Shown one piece after another: positions 53,929 through 64,000 of a DNA stretch of 64,000 nucleotides. Every line of letters begins with the position of its first letter. Position 1 is the first letter of the stretch. A model generated the notes under the pieces. It saw only the letters and a program-made list of their open reading frames with translations, was not told the origin of the DNA and made no database searches. The DNA is taken from positions 489 through 64,488 of the forward strand of contig JACOSB010000120.1 of NCBI GenBank assembly GCA_016179105.1, read 5' to 3'. The position numbers were made by a program, and so were the translations under genes. Origin of the DNA: Candidatus Acetothermia bacterium. Its GTDB lineage: Bacteria; Bipolaricaulota; Bipolaricaulia; RBG-16-55-9; DRXL01.

Positions 53929-54186
53929 GAAGAGACTTCCTCCCCCCTCGGGTCGTCTTTTATAAGAAACTCTCGATTTTTGCCTGCGTTTGGCCTCCTG
54001 CGGGATGTCTGTTGACTACGCAAATTTCGTATTAGATCGCTGATCTAGGATACAAGATGGAAGGGGATGCGGTCAAATTTAAGAATGTTATAGGGATAAA
54101 TTTTTTGTAAAGGACAACTGGGATACTCAGTATCCCACAGTTTCAGCACAAAGTCAGGATCTATGAGCAAGATCAACGTAAACAGT

Positions 54187-54239
54187 TAGGACTGTCTTCG
54201 TGGACGCTTTCTGTCTTAGTTTTCACAAAGACAGTCCTA
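54187..54239. repeat. Inverted repeat (terminator or MITE-like remnant)
   Basis: TAGGACTGTCTTcGTG...CACaAAGACAGTCCTA, downstream of the SPFH gene. Confidence 0.5.
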
Positions 54240-54267
54240 GGCAATGACTATTCGTTCTCGTTTATCG

Positions 54268-55203
54268 TTACTCCTTCTTTTTGCCCTTGCTTCCACCTTC
54301 GTCTCCCATGGCCTTCTCGGCGTAGTTCGTGAGCGGCTTCAGGAAGTTGGCAAACTCTAGGGGGAAAATAAATTTCGTCGCCGGACTATTGCCGAGTGCT
54401 TTGAGCGCTTCTAAGTATTGCAGACTCAACGTCTTGGGATCGACTGTCTGTGCGACTTGATAAATTTTGTCGAGCGCGAGCGAAAAACCCTCGGCGCGCA
54501 AGACCGCCGCTTGACGATCGCCCTCGGCCGTCAAGATGGTCGCTTGCCGTAAGCCTTCCGCCTTGAGAATCGCCGCTTGCTTATCGCCCTCCGCGATGGT
54601 GATCGCCGCTTGCTTCTTGCCGTCGGCTTCTGTGACCAAGGCGCGACGGCTGCGCTCGGCCGACATCTGACGAGTCATCGCGTCTTGTACATCCTTGGGC
54701 GGTGTGATCTCGCGGATTTCAACCGTCGTCACTTTGACGCCCCAGCGGGCCGTCACTTCGTCCAACTTGACGCGCAATACTTGGTTGATGTGATCGCGCT
54801 TGGCCAGCACGTCATCGAGAATAATATCGCCGATGACCGCGCGCAGCGTGGTCGTAGCGATGCCCATGGAGGCTCCGGAGAAATTCAGCACTTGGATAAC
54901 ACTCGAGCTGGGATCGACCACTTTCCAGTAGATGAGAAAGTCAATCGAGATGGGCGCGTTGTCGCGCGTGATGCATGTCTGCGCGGGGATTTCCAAAAAC
55001 TGCTCGCGCAAATCCACCCAGACCGGTCGGTCTACCAGCGGGATGAGTGGGACGAGCCCCGGACCCTTTTCTTGTTGGAGTGCGCGCCCGAGCCGAAAGA
55101 CGACGAGTCGCTTGTACTCCGGCACAATTTTGATGATTTGTGAGATCAACCACAGCGCAAAAAGGAAGAGTACGGCTATGACGATGACGGGAAAACTTTC
55201 CAT
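54268..55203 (-). CDS. SPFH/band 7 (stomatin-like) protein
   Basis: TM anchor; VVFRLG; ITRDN; TTLRAVIG; WGVKVT.VEI; QMSAER.RRA; AEG repeats. Start ATG 55203 after GGAGG. Confidence 0.93.
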   Translation of the reverse strand: MESFPVIVIAVLFLFALWLISQIIKIVPEYKRLVVFRLGRALQQEKGPGLVPLIPLVDRPVWVDLREQFLEIPAQTCITRDNAPISIDFLIYWKVVDPSSSVIQVLNFSGASMGIATTTLRAVIGDIILDDVLAKRDHINQVLRVKLDEVTARWGVKVTTVEIREITPPKDVQDAMTRQMSAERSRRALVTEADGKKQAAITIAEGDKQAAILKAEGLRQATILTAEGDRQAAVLRAEGFSLALDKIYQVAQTVDPKTLSLQYLEALKALGNSPATKFIFPLEFANFLKPLTNYAEKAMGDEGGSKGKKKE

Positions 55204-55226
55204 TCGAGGACCTCCTGAATAAATTT

Positions 55227-56564
55227 TTATGCTTTGGTCACGCGCAACTGCACACCCTGCACGATTTCTACCACCTTGACGGCATCTCCCTTTTGGATGG
55301 ACCCTCCCACCGCCTCCGCACTCCACTCTTCGCTGTGCATCAGCACCACCCCGCGAGGAGTGAGATCGGTCTCAGCAATCCCTGTCTCCCCCATCAAGAC
55401 CTTCACTCCGCTCGAGACCCTGGCACGGTGCGCGCGAACCGTGGCCGTCAAAACCCAGACAAAGAAAAAGACCCAAATGGCCGTCATCAGCGCGATCAGC
55501 CAGGGGTTCACGGATATCTCTGGCAGTCCGGGCAGTGTAGGCGTGAACGGTTTATAGAGCAGTATGGAGCCGAGCACGAAAGCGATCGCGCCACCGATGC
55601 CCAGGGCATAACCCTGCACTTTTAAGTCAGCGACAAATAAGATGAGCGCTAAAATGATGAGCCCCACCCCGGCCCAGTTGGGCTGCAAGACCCCAAAAGC
55701 CGTGAAGGCCATCACCAGGAAGATCACGCCGGTCACGCCCGGCAAGATCGCGCCCGGATTGTAAAACTCCGCGATCAACGCGATCGTTCCTAAGCTGAGC
55801 AGGATGTAAGCGATATTGGGGTCGGTGATCACCTGCAAGAATCTCTCGGACCACGTCATGTCTATGTTGTTTTGCTGTGCGCCTTTGGTATGGAGAATCC
55901 GCTTGCCGGACGCGACGTTGACAGTGAAGCCGTCTATCTTCGTCAGCAAATCGTCCATGTTATCGGCAATGACATCGATCACTTTCAGTGCGAGCGCCTG
56001 GTCAGCCGTGATTGAAACACTCTTGCGCACGGCTTCTTCAGCCCAGTCGGCATTGCGACCGCGAGTAATCGCATAGTTGCGGATACGCGCGACGGCATCG
56101 TTGGTCACTTTCTCATCCAAATTTTTCTGAATATCTTCGCCCTGGCCGCCGACAGGATGGGCCGCGCCGATGTTGGTGATCGGGGCCATCGCCGCGACGT
56201 GCGCAGCCATCGTGATGAAGACACCCGCAGACCCGGCCCGCGCTCCGCGCGGCGTGATGTAAACAACGACGGGCACATGGCTGTCCAAAATTTTCTTGGT
56301 GATCTCATCCATAGAATTCATCAGACCACCGGGCGTATCCATTTGGATGATAACGGCCTCAGCTTCCTCCGATTCCGCAGTCTCGATGCCGCGGATGACG
56401 TACTGGGCCGTGAATGGTGCGATGACACCGTCGAGAGTGAGTATGCTCACATGGGTCCCCGATGAAGCTTGAGTTGAAGCGAAAAACACGAGGGCGAACG
56501 GCACGACGACGAAGAAGCTAACGACCGCAAGCAATCCCAGAGCACAAGATTTTCGCTTTCTCAT
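55227..56564 (-). CDS. nfeD: NfeD-family membrane serine protease (ClpP-like domain + TM + OB fold)
   Basis: DTPGG, A.SAG.FI, NIGAAHP, RGRNADWA, G.V....EEW.A; operon with the SPFH gene. Confidence 0.92.
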   Translation of the reverse strand: MRKRKSCALGLLAVVSFFVVVPFALVFFASTQASSGTHVSILTLDGVIAPFTAQYVIRGIETAESEEAEAVIIQMDTPGGLMNSMDEITKKILDSHVPVVVYITPRGARAGSAGVFITMAAHVAAMAPITNIGAAHPVGGQGEDIQKNLDEKVTNDAVARIRNYAITRGRNADWAEEAVRKSVSITADQALALKVIDVIADNMDDLLTKIDGFTVNVASGKRILHTKGAQQNNIDMTWSERFLQVITDPNIAYILLSLGTIALIAEFYNPGAILPGVTGVIFLVMAFTAFGVLQPNWAGVGLIILALILFVADLKVQGYALGIGGAIAFVLGSILLYKPFTPTLPGLPEISVNPWLIALMTAIWVFFFVWVLTATVRAHRARVSSGVKVLMGETGIAETDLTPRGVVLMHSEEWSAEAVGGSIQKGDAVKVVEIVQGVQLRVTKA

Positions 56565-57118
56565 AGCCACCCCCTGATTAGCATTATAGCAGGGTTTACC
56601 CCAAAAAAGACAGAGCGAGGAAACGAGAGAGGTCAGAAGACCAACGCTAGGCTAACGTTGGATACTGTTGGCGAATTCGTTTGGAAGAATATAATAACTC
56701 ATCCATCACAAGCTCCTATTGCGGCGTCTAGAGTTGTCGATCTGAAAATTTCTCTTTTTTCCCTAATGAGACACAGAACAGCACTCTTCTCCCACCCCTT
56801 GAATTCTTCGTCAGGCCATGTGCCCTACGCAACAAAACGGTCTCTTTGCGTATGAGAGAGACAAATGCAGGTGGCCACGTCGCAAAATACGTGCTTGATT
56901 TTGAAGCCGCGCTTACGGGCAAAAGCTTTGAGAGTGTGTAGCTGGTTCTCAAGCTCTTGTGTGTTCGTTGAGACACGACAGTAAATAGCGGCGTTCATGA
57001 TGCAAAGTTTAAAGCGTAGCTAAGTAAATTTCATACGGCATTCATCAGTATCCCTTGACTGCAACATTACACAATACTAGAATTACAGCAATACACTTCC
57101 ACTTAAAGGGGGCTGCGG

Positions 57119-58111
57119 ATGCGCGGTGTAAAACTCCTCGGGATGGCCGTGACTTTGGTTCTATACAGTATGATAACTGGTCCCCATGCGCGAGTTGGCT
57201 TCGCCCAAAGCGACTGCGCCGTGCTGGTTCAATCCGGACAGTCGATCCAACATGCGATCAACAATGCTGCGGCGGGTGCCGTGATTTGTCTGAGTCCCAG
57301 CACGTTTAAGGAAACGATCAAGATTGACAAGAGTCTGACCCTAAGAGGTGCGGGCCGGGAAGATACCACTATAAAGACCGAAGTGAGTGTCTTGGCGGTC
57401 ATTCTCATCGAGAGCGATAGTGATATTGAAGTAAAAATAATGGATCTCGCTATCACGGGGTTTGAACAAACCAATGGTATTTACGTGAGCGGTGATGGCC
57501 ACGCCACCGTTACTCTGAGTAATCTCAGCATCTCGGGGAACGGGAGCGATGGTCTTTCTGTTAATAATTTTGCCCAAGTGAACCTCGTTGATTCCCAGAT
57601 CAGTAAGAACGGAGCCGATGGTGTCTTTCTTTACGAGAAGACAGCACGAGTGAGCATCGACAATTCCCAAATCTCTGACAACCTTTTCTGGGGTCTCGTT
57701 GTCGGTGGTGCAAGCCAAGTGAGTTTCATTAACTCGGTTATCGCAAGTAATCGTTTAGGAGGCCTGGTGATGGGAGATTCAGCCAACGCTCAGGTGCAAG
57801 CAAGTATCATCAAAGACAACGGAATAGGGTACCCTTGCTCCCAACGTGATTATTCCTGCAACGGGATAGAAATCGAAGGTCAGGCTCACCTAAAGATGAC
57901 CAACTCCACGATCAAAGGAAGCGCCGACTGGGGTATAGCTGCTTTGCTGCGGCGTTGTGGATATAGCAGTGATTATTTTATCGGTCAGGTAATTTTCCAG
58001 GGCACCAATAAGATCAGTGATAATAATAACATGGGTAAACAGGACGGCAAGGGGAATCCGGGGAATCACCCATTCCAGAATCTGCTCGACGGGCAGGTCT
58101 GCCTTCCATAA
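57119..58111 (+). CDS. Secreted right-handed beta-helix protein
   Basis: Signal peptide ending GFA-Q; SIQ.AI..A..G.VICL..., I.KSLTL.G; IS.N..DG repeats. Confidence 0.8.
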   Translation: MRGVKLLGMAVTLVLYSMITGPHARVGFAQSDCAVLVQSGQSIQHAINNAAAGAVICLSPSTFKETIKIDKSLTLRGAGREDTTIKTEVSVLAVILIESDSDIEVKIMDLAITGFEQTNGIYVSGDGHATVTLSNLSISGNGSDGLSVNNFAQVNLVDSQISKNGADGVFLYEKTARVSIDNSQISDNLFWGLVVGGASQVSFINSVIASNRLGGLVMGDSANAQVQASIIKDNGIGYPCSQRDYSCNGIEIEGQAHLKMTNSTIKGSADWGIAALLRRCGYSSDYFIGQVIFQGTNKISDNNNMGKQDGKGNPGNHPFQNLLDGQVCLP

Positions 58112-58130
58112 TTTAGCATAAGGACGCATC

Positions 58131-58982
58131 ATGACCGACTACTCCCGATCATTTCGCCTTGGTGCTGCAACCACCACTTTGATTAACGTAGGTGACGGCC
58201 AAGTGAACTTGGCGGAGATGCTCGACGTACCCGCGAGCGAATGGTCGCCTCGTTACGCCTCCTCCTTCGACCAACCGATCAGAGCACCGTTCCAATGCGT
58301 CCACCTCAGATTGTCTGCAATGTCCATCTTGGTCGATGCTAGTTCCTACCCTCTCCCGGATTCGCCCTACGCCAAATTCGCTCTACCCAATTACCAACCG
58401 CCTCCCGGCCTGCTCGCGCAGCTTGCTGAGGTCGGCGTGAACCCCGAGGAGGTTACTCACGTCGTTTTCACCCATTGGCACTGGGATCACCACAGTGGGG
58501 CCACCGTGGAGCGGGGTGGCTACTACATCCCTTGCTTTCCCAACGCGCGTCACTATCTGGGTCGTGCCGATTGGGAGAGCGAAGATACGCAGAAAGCCAT
58601 GCGAGACCCTAATGCCATGGAGAGCCGAACTCTCGCTGTATTGCATCAGCGAGGCCTGCTAGACTTAGTCGAAGGGAATCACGAGTTGTGTGCTGGTATT
58701 CAGATCATCGCCGCACCTGGCGAGTCCCCAGGGCATCAGATCGTCCGCGTCCACTCAGAGGGGCGAACGCTCTATTGTTTAGGAGATCTTTATCATCATC
58801 CGGTGGAAGTAGAGCAGCCGTCATGGTCCACGCGCTGGGCTGATGCAAAAGCGAGCCTGTCCAGTCGCCAATCTCTCGCTGAAACCGCCCTGATTGAGCA
58901 ATCACTCTTGATTGCTGGGCACATTTCCGGCGTCGGCCGTTTGCACCGTACACCCTCGGGTGTGAGCTGGAGCGCAATCTGA
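58131..58982 (+). CDS. Metallo-beta-lactamase-fold hydrolase
   Basis: ILVD, THWHWDH, FPNARHY, PG(E)SPGH, GDL.H, GH. Confidence 0.85.
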   Translation: MTDYSRSFRLGAATTTLINVGDGQVNLAEMLDVPASEWSPRYASSFDQPIRAPFQCVHLRLSAMSILVDASSYPLPDSPYAKFALPNYQPPPGLLAQLAEVGVNPEEVTHVVFTHWHWDHHSGATVERGGYYIPCFPNARHYLGRADWESEDTQKAMRDPNAMESRTLAVLHQRGLLDLVEGNHELCAGIQIIAAPGESPGHQIVRVHSEGRTLYCLGDLYHHPVEVEQPSWSTRWADAKASLSSRQSLAETALIEQSLLIAGHISGVGRLHRTPSGVSWSAI

Positions 58983-59353
58983 CTTTTGTGAGCTTGTGCA
59001 TTGTTACCTAAAGCATATTACTCTCGCTGCAGCTTCAGGAATAAGGCTAGACATAGATCGGAGGCAAGTATGGACAGACAGTTAACACAAAACGCGCTCC
59101 CACTCATCGGCCCCTATAGCCCACTCGCGGATGCCCAATCGCTCTAAGGCTTCAATCGCGGATCGTACGCCGGTAGGCAGGGAACGTCATCACATGAGCG
59201 ATCATGCCGTCCTACGTGAAGGTCTCAGGCGGGTCACAGAGCATGTCGAGAAAGTTCGTATAACAGAGGGTCAGCTCTTCTTCACTTCTGTCCTTCAACG
59301 TGCGATAATGATAAGCAGCACCCTACACCCATACCTAAGAAGGGAGACTTCGT

Positions 59354-60721
59354 ATGCTGAGCAGTAAACTTCTCGGACTCAGTGTGGCTCTGGTCATAAT
59401 CGCTACCTCGTTTAACCAATGTAGCTCGATTACTACTACTCATCATCTTCCAGCAACGGCGTTAGACAAGATCAAACATGTGATCGTCATTTATCAAGAG
59501 AACCGGAGCTTTGACACTCTTTATGGTAACTTCCCGGGCGCCACCGGGATCGCCAACGCGGGTGCCGCGATAAAGCAAGTTAACAAGAACAACCAACCCT
59601 ACGTGACGCTTCCCCAACCTTTGGACCCCAACAAAAAACCAGACTCCCGTTTCCCGGCGAACATGTCCGTTCAACCCTTCGACATCGGAAGGTTTGTACC
59701 CCCCGATCAGACGACCGGCGACCTCATCCACCGTTTCTACCAAGAGCAGTACCAAATCAACGGGGGCAAGATGAACAAGTTCGTTACTTGGAGCGACAAC
59801 GGCGGCTTGGTGATGGGCTACTATGATGGGACGCAACTACCGCTAGGTAAGTTAGCCCAACAGTATACGCTAGCCGATAACTTCTTCCATGCTGCGTTCG
59901 GTGGTTCGTTCCTCAACCACTTCTGGCTCATCTGCGCTTGCACGCCCCGCTGGCCGAATGCTCCTGCTGATAAAGTCGCGCAGCTCAACTCAAACGGAGT
60001 GTTGGTCAAAGATGGCACAGTCACACCCGACGGATACGCTGTCAACACTTCCTACCCAATCAATCAGCCGCATCCAGCGAATATCACTGACTCAACCCAG
60101 CTGCTCCCGCAACAGACAATGCCGACCATCGGCGACCGACTGGACGAAAAAGGCATCTCATGGGCATGGTACTCTGGCGGATGGAACGACGCGCTGGCTG
60201 GCAAACCCGATCGGCTGTTTCAGTTCCACCATCAGCCGTTCGCTTACTTTGCCCACTACGCCGACGGCACTCCGGGCCGGGCGGCTCATCTAAAAGACGA
60301 GCAGGATTTCTTACAAGCACTGCAAACCAGCGGCTTGCCAGCCGTATCATTCGTGAAGCCGATTGGTCGTTTTAACGAGCATCCTGGCTACGCGAATCTG
60401 CTCGAGGGCCAGCACCACGTAGAAGATCTAGTCAACGCCGTCAAGAATAGCCCGTATTGGTCCGACACGGTGATCATTATCACCTACGATGAAAACGGTG
60501 GTTTATGGGACCATGTATCTCCGCCGAAGGGCGATCGGTGGGGCCCCGGCACCCGCGTGCCGACGATCATCATCTCGCCGTTCGCGAAGAAGGGCTTTGT
60601 CGATCACACTCAGTATGACACGACTTCTATCCTAAGGTTCATCGAGGAGCGATGGAATCTCCCCGCTCTAGGAAGCCGTGATGCTGTCGCGAATGACCTG
60701 AGTAACGCGTTCAATTTTTGA
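59354..60721 (+). CDS. Phosphoesterase family acid phosphatase (AcpA-like)
   Basis: HVIVIYQENRSFD, DL.HRFYQ, GGSFLNH, FQFHHQPF, TYDENGG.WDHV, GPGTRVP. Confidence 0.9.
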   Translation: MLSSKLLGLSVALVIIATSFNQCSSITTTHHLPATALDKIKHVIVIYQENRSFDTLYGNFPGATGIANAGAAIKQVNKNNQPYVTLPQPLDPNKKPDSRFPANMSVQPFDIGRFVPPDQTTGDLIHRFYQEQYQINGGKMNKFVTWSDNGGLVMGYYDGTQLPLGKLAQQYTLADNFFHAAFGGSFLNHFWLICACTPRWPNAPADKVAQLNSNGVLVKDGTVTPDGYAVNTSYPINQPHPANITDSTQLLPQQTMPTIGDRLDEKGISWAWYSGGWNDALAGKPDRLFQFHHQPFAYFAHYADGTPGRAAHLKDEQDFLQALQTSGLPAVSFVKPIGRFNEHPGYANLLEGQHHVEDLVNAVKNSPYWSDTVIIITYDENGGLWDHVSPPKGDRWGPGTRVPTIIISPFAKKGFVDHTQYDTTSILRFIEERWNLPALGSRDAVANDLSNAFNF

Positions 60722-60799
60722 AGCGTCGGGCACCATCCACTCATAAAGATCACAGTTGTATCTTTTCAGTTTGACAGAGTATGGGGGGTATATCCTAAG

Positions 60800-63382
60800 A
60801 TGACCAGTAGGAGGTTTTCTATGCTCTCAATGAGGTGCTCTTCTGTAAAGAGCTTCATCGTAGTGCTGCTGCTAGTGGCCACTGCAGCATTGCTTGTGTC
60901 TTGTAAACTGACGAATCTCCCGCTCCCGGGTCGGCAATCGGATAGTCGTACTTTACTTCCAAACGGCTGGTTCCTTAGTCCTGCGGGACAACAGATTCCC
61001 GTCGGTAACTTGCCTCTCAATATACAAGCAACACGAGATGGCAAATACCTGCTGGTTCTCAACAATGGCTTCAGCGATCCAGAATTGCTCCAGGTGATCG
61101 ATACTCAAAGTGGAAAAGTCATCAGCCATGCCGATGCCGCGTCTTCGTTCTATGGTTTGGCCCTCAGCCCTGATGAGCATACTGCCTATGTCTCCGGGTT
61201 TGGGAATAATACTTTGTTGATGTATCGCTTGGATCCTGCTTCAGGGAGCTTAGCACCTCCGTCTTCAATCCCCCTTGGCGGGGCCAAAGATCCGCTAGGA
61301 CCATTCGGATTAGCCATGAGCGCCGATGGCCAGAAGCTCTACATCGCGTTTTGCATGAATCATAGTTTAGGAGTCTTCGATGCCTCTGCTTCTCTGAAAA
61401 TACTCGATACTATCCCATTAGGCGACGTCTGCCCGTACGGGGTGACCCTCAGTCCAGACGGCAAGAAGGCTTACGTCACGCACTGGAGCGGTACAACGGT
61501 CTCTGCGGTCGATCTCACCACACGCGCAGCAAAGAAGATTGCCATTGACGACCAGCCCGAGTATCTGCAAGCTCAAGGCTTCCCCAAAATAGGTACAGAA
61601 CATCCCTCCGCACTCTTGCTCAGCAAAGACGGCCAGCGCCTGTTTGTTACGAACACGAACACAGACACGATCAAGATCGTCGATACTTCGAGCGATACCG
61701 TGGTCGAAACGATTCCTTTGACGCCCTATCTGAATGCTCCTTTGGGAAGTCAGCCCGATGCGCTCGCACTCAGCCCCGATCAGAAAACATTGTATGTGGC
61801 TAACGCGAACAACAACGACGTTGCCGTGATTGAGTTGGGCAGCAATGGGCAAAAGAGCCGAGCCAAAGGGCTCGTCCCTGTCGGCTGGTATCCTACGGCT
61901 CTCTCCCTCAGCCCCGACGGCAAAACCCTCTACGTGGCTAATGCGAAAGGACTGAGTTCCAAAGCAAACCCCAATCACGCCAAGTTCGGGGACAGCTCGT
62001 ACATCGCGGGCCTCTTCCAAGGCACTGTCTCTGTCATCCCGATTCCCGACGAGAAGGCTCTGGCTCGTTACACTCAAGAGGTCATCAAGAACAACGGCTT
62101 CGATGAGACGCGACAATGGCTTGCCCAACCGCCGCAAGAGAAGTCTCCCAAACCAATCCCAGTGAGAGTTGGAGAGCCTTCCACTATCAAACATGTCATC
62201 TATATCATCAAGGAGAACCGCACGTATGATCAAGTGTTAGGCGATATGTCTCAAGGGAATGGAGACCGAAAGCTCGTGCTTTTCGGGCGGCAAGTCTCTC
62301 CCAATCACCACGCGCTGGCGGAGGACTTCGTGCTACTGGACAATTTCTACGCCAATGGTGATGTGTCCGCCGATGGCCATAGCTGGTCTATGGGAGCGGC
62401 CGTCACCGACTCTGAGGAGAAGCTCTGGCCTAGCTCCTATGCCGGCCGCTTACCCAAAGCCGCAGTGAAGGAATTGCCCGAGCCCTTCCCTGGGAATCCC
62501 ATCACAAAAAATCCAAGCCTGGGATTCATCTGGGATGTCGCGGCAATCAAGAAGCTCACCTATAGGATCTACGGGGAGTCCCTGATCGCCGGCCCCAATC
62601 CTAAAAATCCATGCGAAGGCAACACAGTCCCGTTCGATAACGTGCGCGAGCATGTTGATCTCTGCTTTCGACCTTATGATCTAGCTTACAGAGATGTGGA
62701 CCGCGCCAAAGAATTTTTGAAAGAGTTCCAAGCGTTTGAAGCGAACGGTCAGTTACCGCAGCTCACTATCTTGGACTTGCCCGCTGATCATACCTCGGGT
62801 ACAAGGCCCAACTTCCCCACCCCCCGAGCGATGGTGGCTGACAACGATCTGGCCTTAGGCATGATAGTCGAAGCCGTTTCTCACAGTGAACGCTACTGGA
62901 AGAAGGAACCCACGGCGATCTTCGTCGTCGAGGACGACGCGCAGGACGGCCCCGACCACGTCGATGCTCATCGGACGGTAGCACTGGTCGTAAGTCCTTA
63001 CACGAAGCGGAAATTTGTCGACAGCACCTTCTATGATACTGCGAGCATACTGCGGGCCATCGAGTTAATCCTCGGACTCCCCCCGATGAGTCAGTACGAT
63101 GCGGCCGCCATATCCATGCTCAATGTCTTCCAGGCCCAATCGGACTTTACCCCGTATAAGCTGCGACCAGCGACTTGGCCTGTAGACGAGATGAATACTA
63201 TGCAGAGCTACGGAGCCCAGCGCTCGGACCAGATGAACTTCCAAGTGGTCGATGCCGCACCGGCTCAAGAGCTGAATGAGATCCTCTGGAAATCGATCAA
63301 AGGGCCTGACTCCGAGATGCCCCCACCTATTACTCATGGCTCTGCCCTGAACGACGAAGAAGATCGTGATGAAGGAAGATGA
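60800..63382 (+). CDS. Lipoprotein: YVTN beta-propeller + phosphoesterase/alkaline-phosphatase-like domain
   Basis: Lipobox LVSC; LPNGW..SPAG; SPDG repeats; KHVIYIIKENRTYD; SADGH.W; EDDAQDGPDHVDAHR. Confidence 0.9.
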   Translation: MTSRRFSMLSMRCSSVKSFIVVLLLVATAALLVSCKLTNLPLPGRQSDSRTLLPNGWFLSPAGQQIPVGNLPLNIQATRDGKYLLVLNNGFSDPELLQVIDTQSGKVISHADAASSFYGLALSPDEHTAYVSGFGNNTLLMYRLDPASGSLAPPSSIPLGGAKDPLGPFGLAMSADGQKLYIAFCMNHSLGVFDASASLKILDTIPLGDVCPYGVTLSPDGKKAYVTHWSGTTVSAVDLTTRAAKKIAIDDQPEYLQAQGFPKIGTEHPSALLLSKDGQRLFVTNTNTDTIKIVDTSSDTVVETIPLTPYLNAPLGSQPDALALSPDQKTLYVANANNNDVAVIELGSNGQKSRAKGLVPVGWYPTALSLSPDGKTLYVANAKGLSSKANPNHAKFGDSSYIAGLFQGTVSVIPIPDEKALARYTQEVIKNNGFDETRQWLAQPPQEKSPKPIPVRVGEPSTIKHVIYIIKENRTYDQVLGDMSQGNGDRKLVLFGRQVSPNHHALAEDFVLLDNFYANGDVSADGHSWSMGAAVTDSEEKLWPSSYAGRLPKAAVKELPEPFPGNPITKNPSLGFIWDVAAIKKLTYRIYGESLIAGPNPKNPCEGNTVPFDNVREHVDLCFRPYDLAYRDVDRAKEFLKEFQAFEANGQLPQLTILDLPADHTSGTRPNFPTPRAMVADNDLALGMIVEAVSHSERYWKKEPTAIFVVEDDAQDGPDHVDAHRTVALVVSPYTKRKFVDSTFYDTASILRAIELILGLPPMSQYDAAAISMLNVFQAQSDFTPYKLRPATWPVDEMNTMQSYGAQRSDQMNFQVVDAAPAQELNEILWKSIKGPDSEMPPPITHGSALNDEEDRDEGR

Positions 63383-63635
63383 ATGAGACACAATTTCGAA
63401 AATGTGCTCACCGTCAAAAAGTTTTGGTAGCAATCTAAACAACAACGGGATTATTTTGATGCCTGAAGCGGGGTTAGTGGTTTCGTATCTAGTGGGTTCA
63501 CGTGCTAATACTGTTTTGCTTTCTAAATGTCCGAATGATTGGCTCTTCCAGCCAGCCTTTGCCGCCAGTTTATCCAGACATTCCAATGACGAATTAGTAT
63601 AAGCATATGCGATCGAGGGAGCGCCCCGCACATGC

Positions 63636-63929
63636 TCAGGGCAACGCCCCAATGATCTTGCGGTAGTCCGCCTCGCTGAAGGCGCGTAGGGTCTCCGAGC
63701 GGACATTCCCTTTCGCACCGCTGGCTAACGCGAACTTCGCTACGGTTTCCTCATTCGGTGCCTCCAGCACGACGACAAAATCGTATTGGCCTATGACGAG
63801 GTAGAACGCCTTGATTTCTGCGCCCATAGATTGAGCGAGTTTTTTGGCGGCGTCCAGACGACTAGGACTCTCCTTGATGTTCTCAATGCCTTGTTGTGTC
63901 AAGCGGAAGAGTGAGATGTAAGTGGGCAT
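63636..63929 (-). CDS. GYD domain protein
   Basis: MPTYI.L...T.QG...IK.SP.R; G.YD; G..R.ETLRAF; RBS AAGGAG. Confidence 0.9.
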   Translation of the reverse strand: MPTYISLFRLTQQGIENIKESPSRLDAAKKLAQSMGAEIKAFYLVIGQYDFVVVLEAPNEETVAKFALASGAKGNVRSETLRAFSEADYRKIIGALP

Positions 63930-64000
63930 GAGACTGCTCCTTTCGGTTTTTGAGGGCGCTCCCTCAGCGCTCTGTCAGCTTAGCTAAAACCCTCGATCGG

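Noticed and set aside
56600-57100. Small ORFs or ncRNA in the nfeD/beta-helix intergenic region
   Set aside because: No recognisable protein motif, RBS-supported ORF or convincing structure.

Overview
This is a bacterial chromosomal window. The secreted-protein style suggests Ca. Bipolaricaulota/Acetothermia-like organisms, but that is from recall and unverified. Housekeeping and accessory content: SNF2+SWIM pair, mntH-mntR, infA-DEAD helicase, YkuK, WecA/TagO, tRNA-Ala(CGC), TPM/coiled-coil+PspA, rsmD, an extended chromate (chr) operon, M42 peptidase, a DUF433/DUF5615 TA pair, a BMP nucleoside ABC transporter, NfeD-SPFH, phosphoesterases and GYD. The stand-out region is 9.1-31.5 kb. Two SARP(wHTH-BTAD)-STAND-NTPase-TPR regulators are each divergent from a promoter with SARP-type 11-bp-period direct repeats ending 8 nt before the -10 box. 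These promoters precede an array of six signal-peptide-bearing, phage-tail-fibre-like proteins. Each fibre is a mosaic: an N-terminal FlgD/T9SS-CTD-like 'GVYLY' domain, swappable shaft modules joined at GNVGIGT motifs, and one of three C-terminal intramolecular-chaperone types. Two non-fibre secreted proteins carry the same GVYLY domain at their C-terminus. GTAG-type REP palindromes occur between genes and also in-frame inside both regulators. A decayed region at 45-47.9 kb holds two further truncated SARP genes. No CRISPR array, prophage core genes, recombinase or reverse transcriptase were seen. All domain calls come from motif recognition by eye, not database searches.
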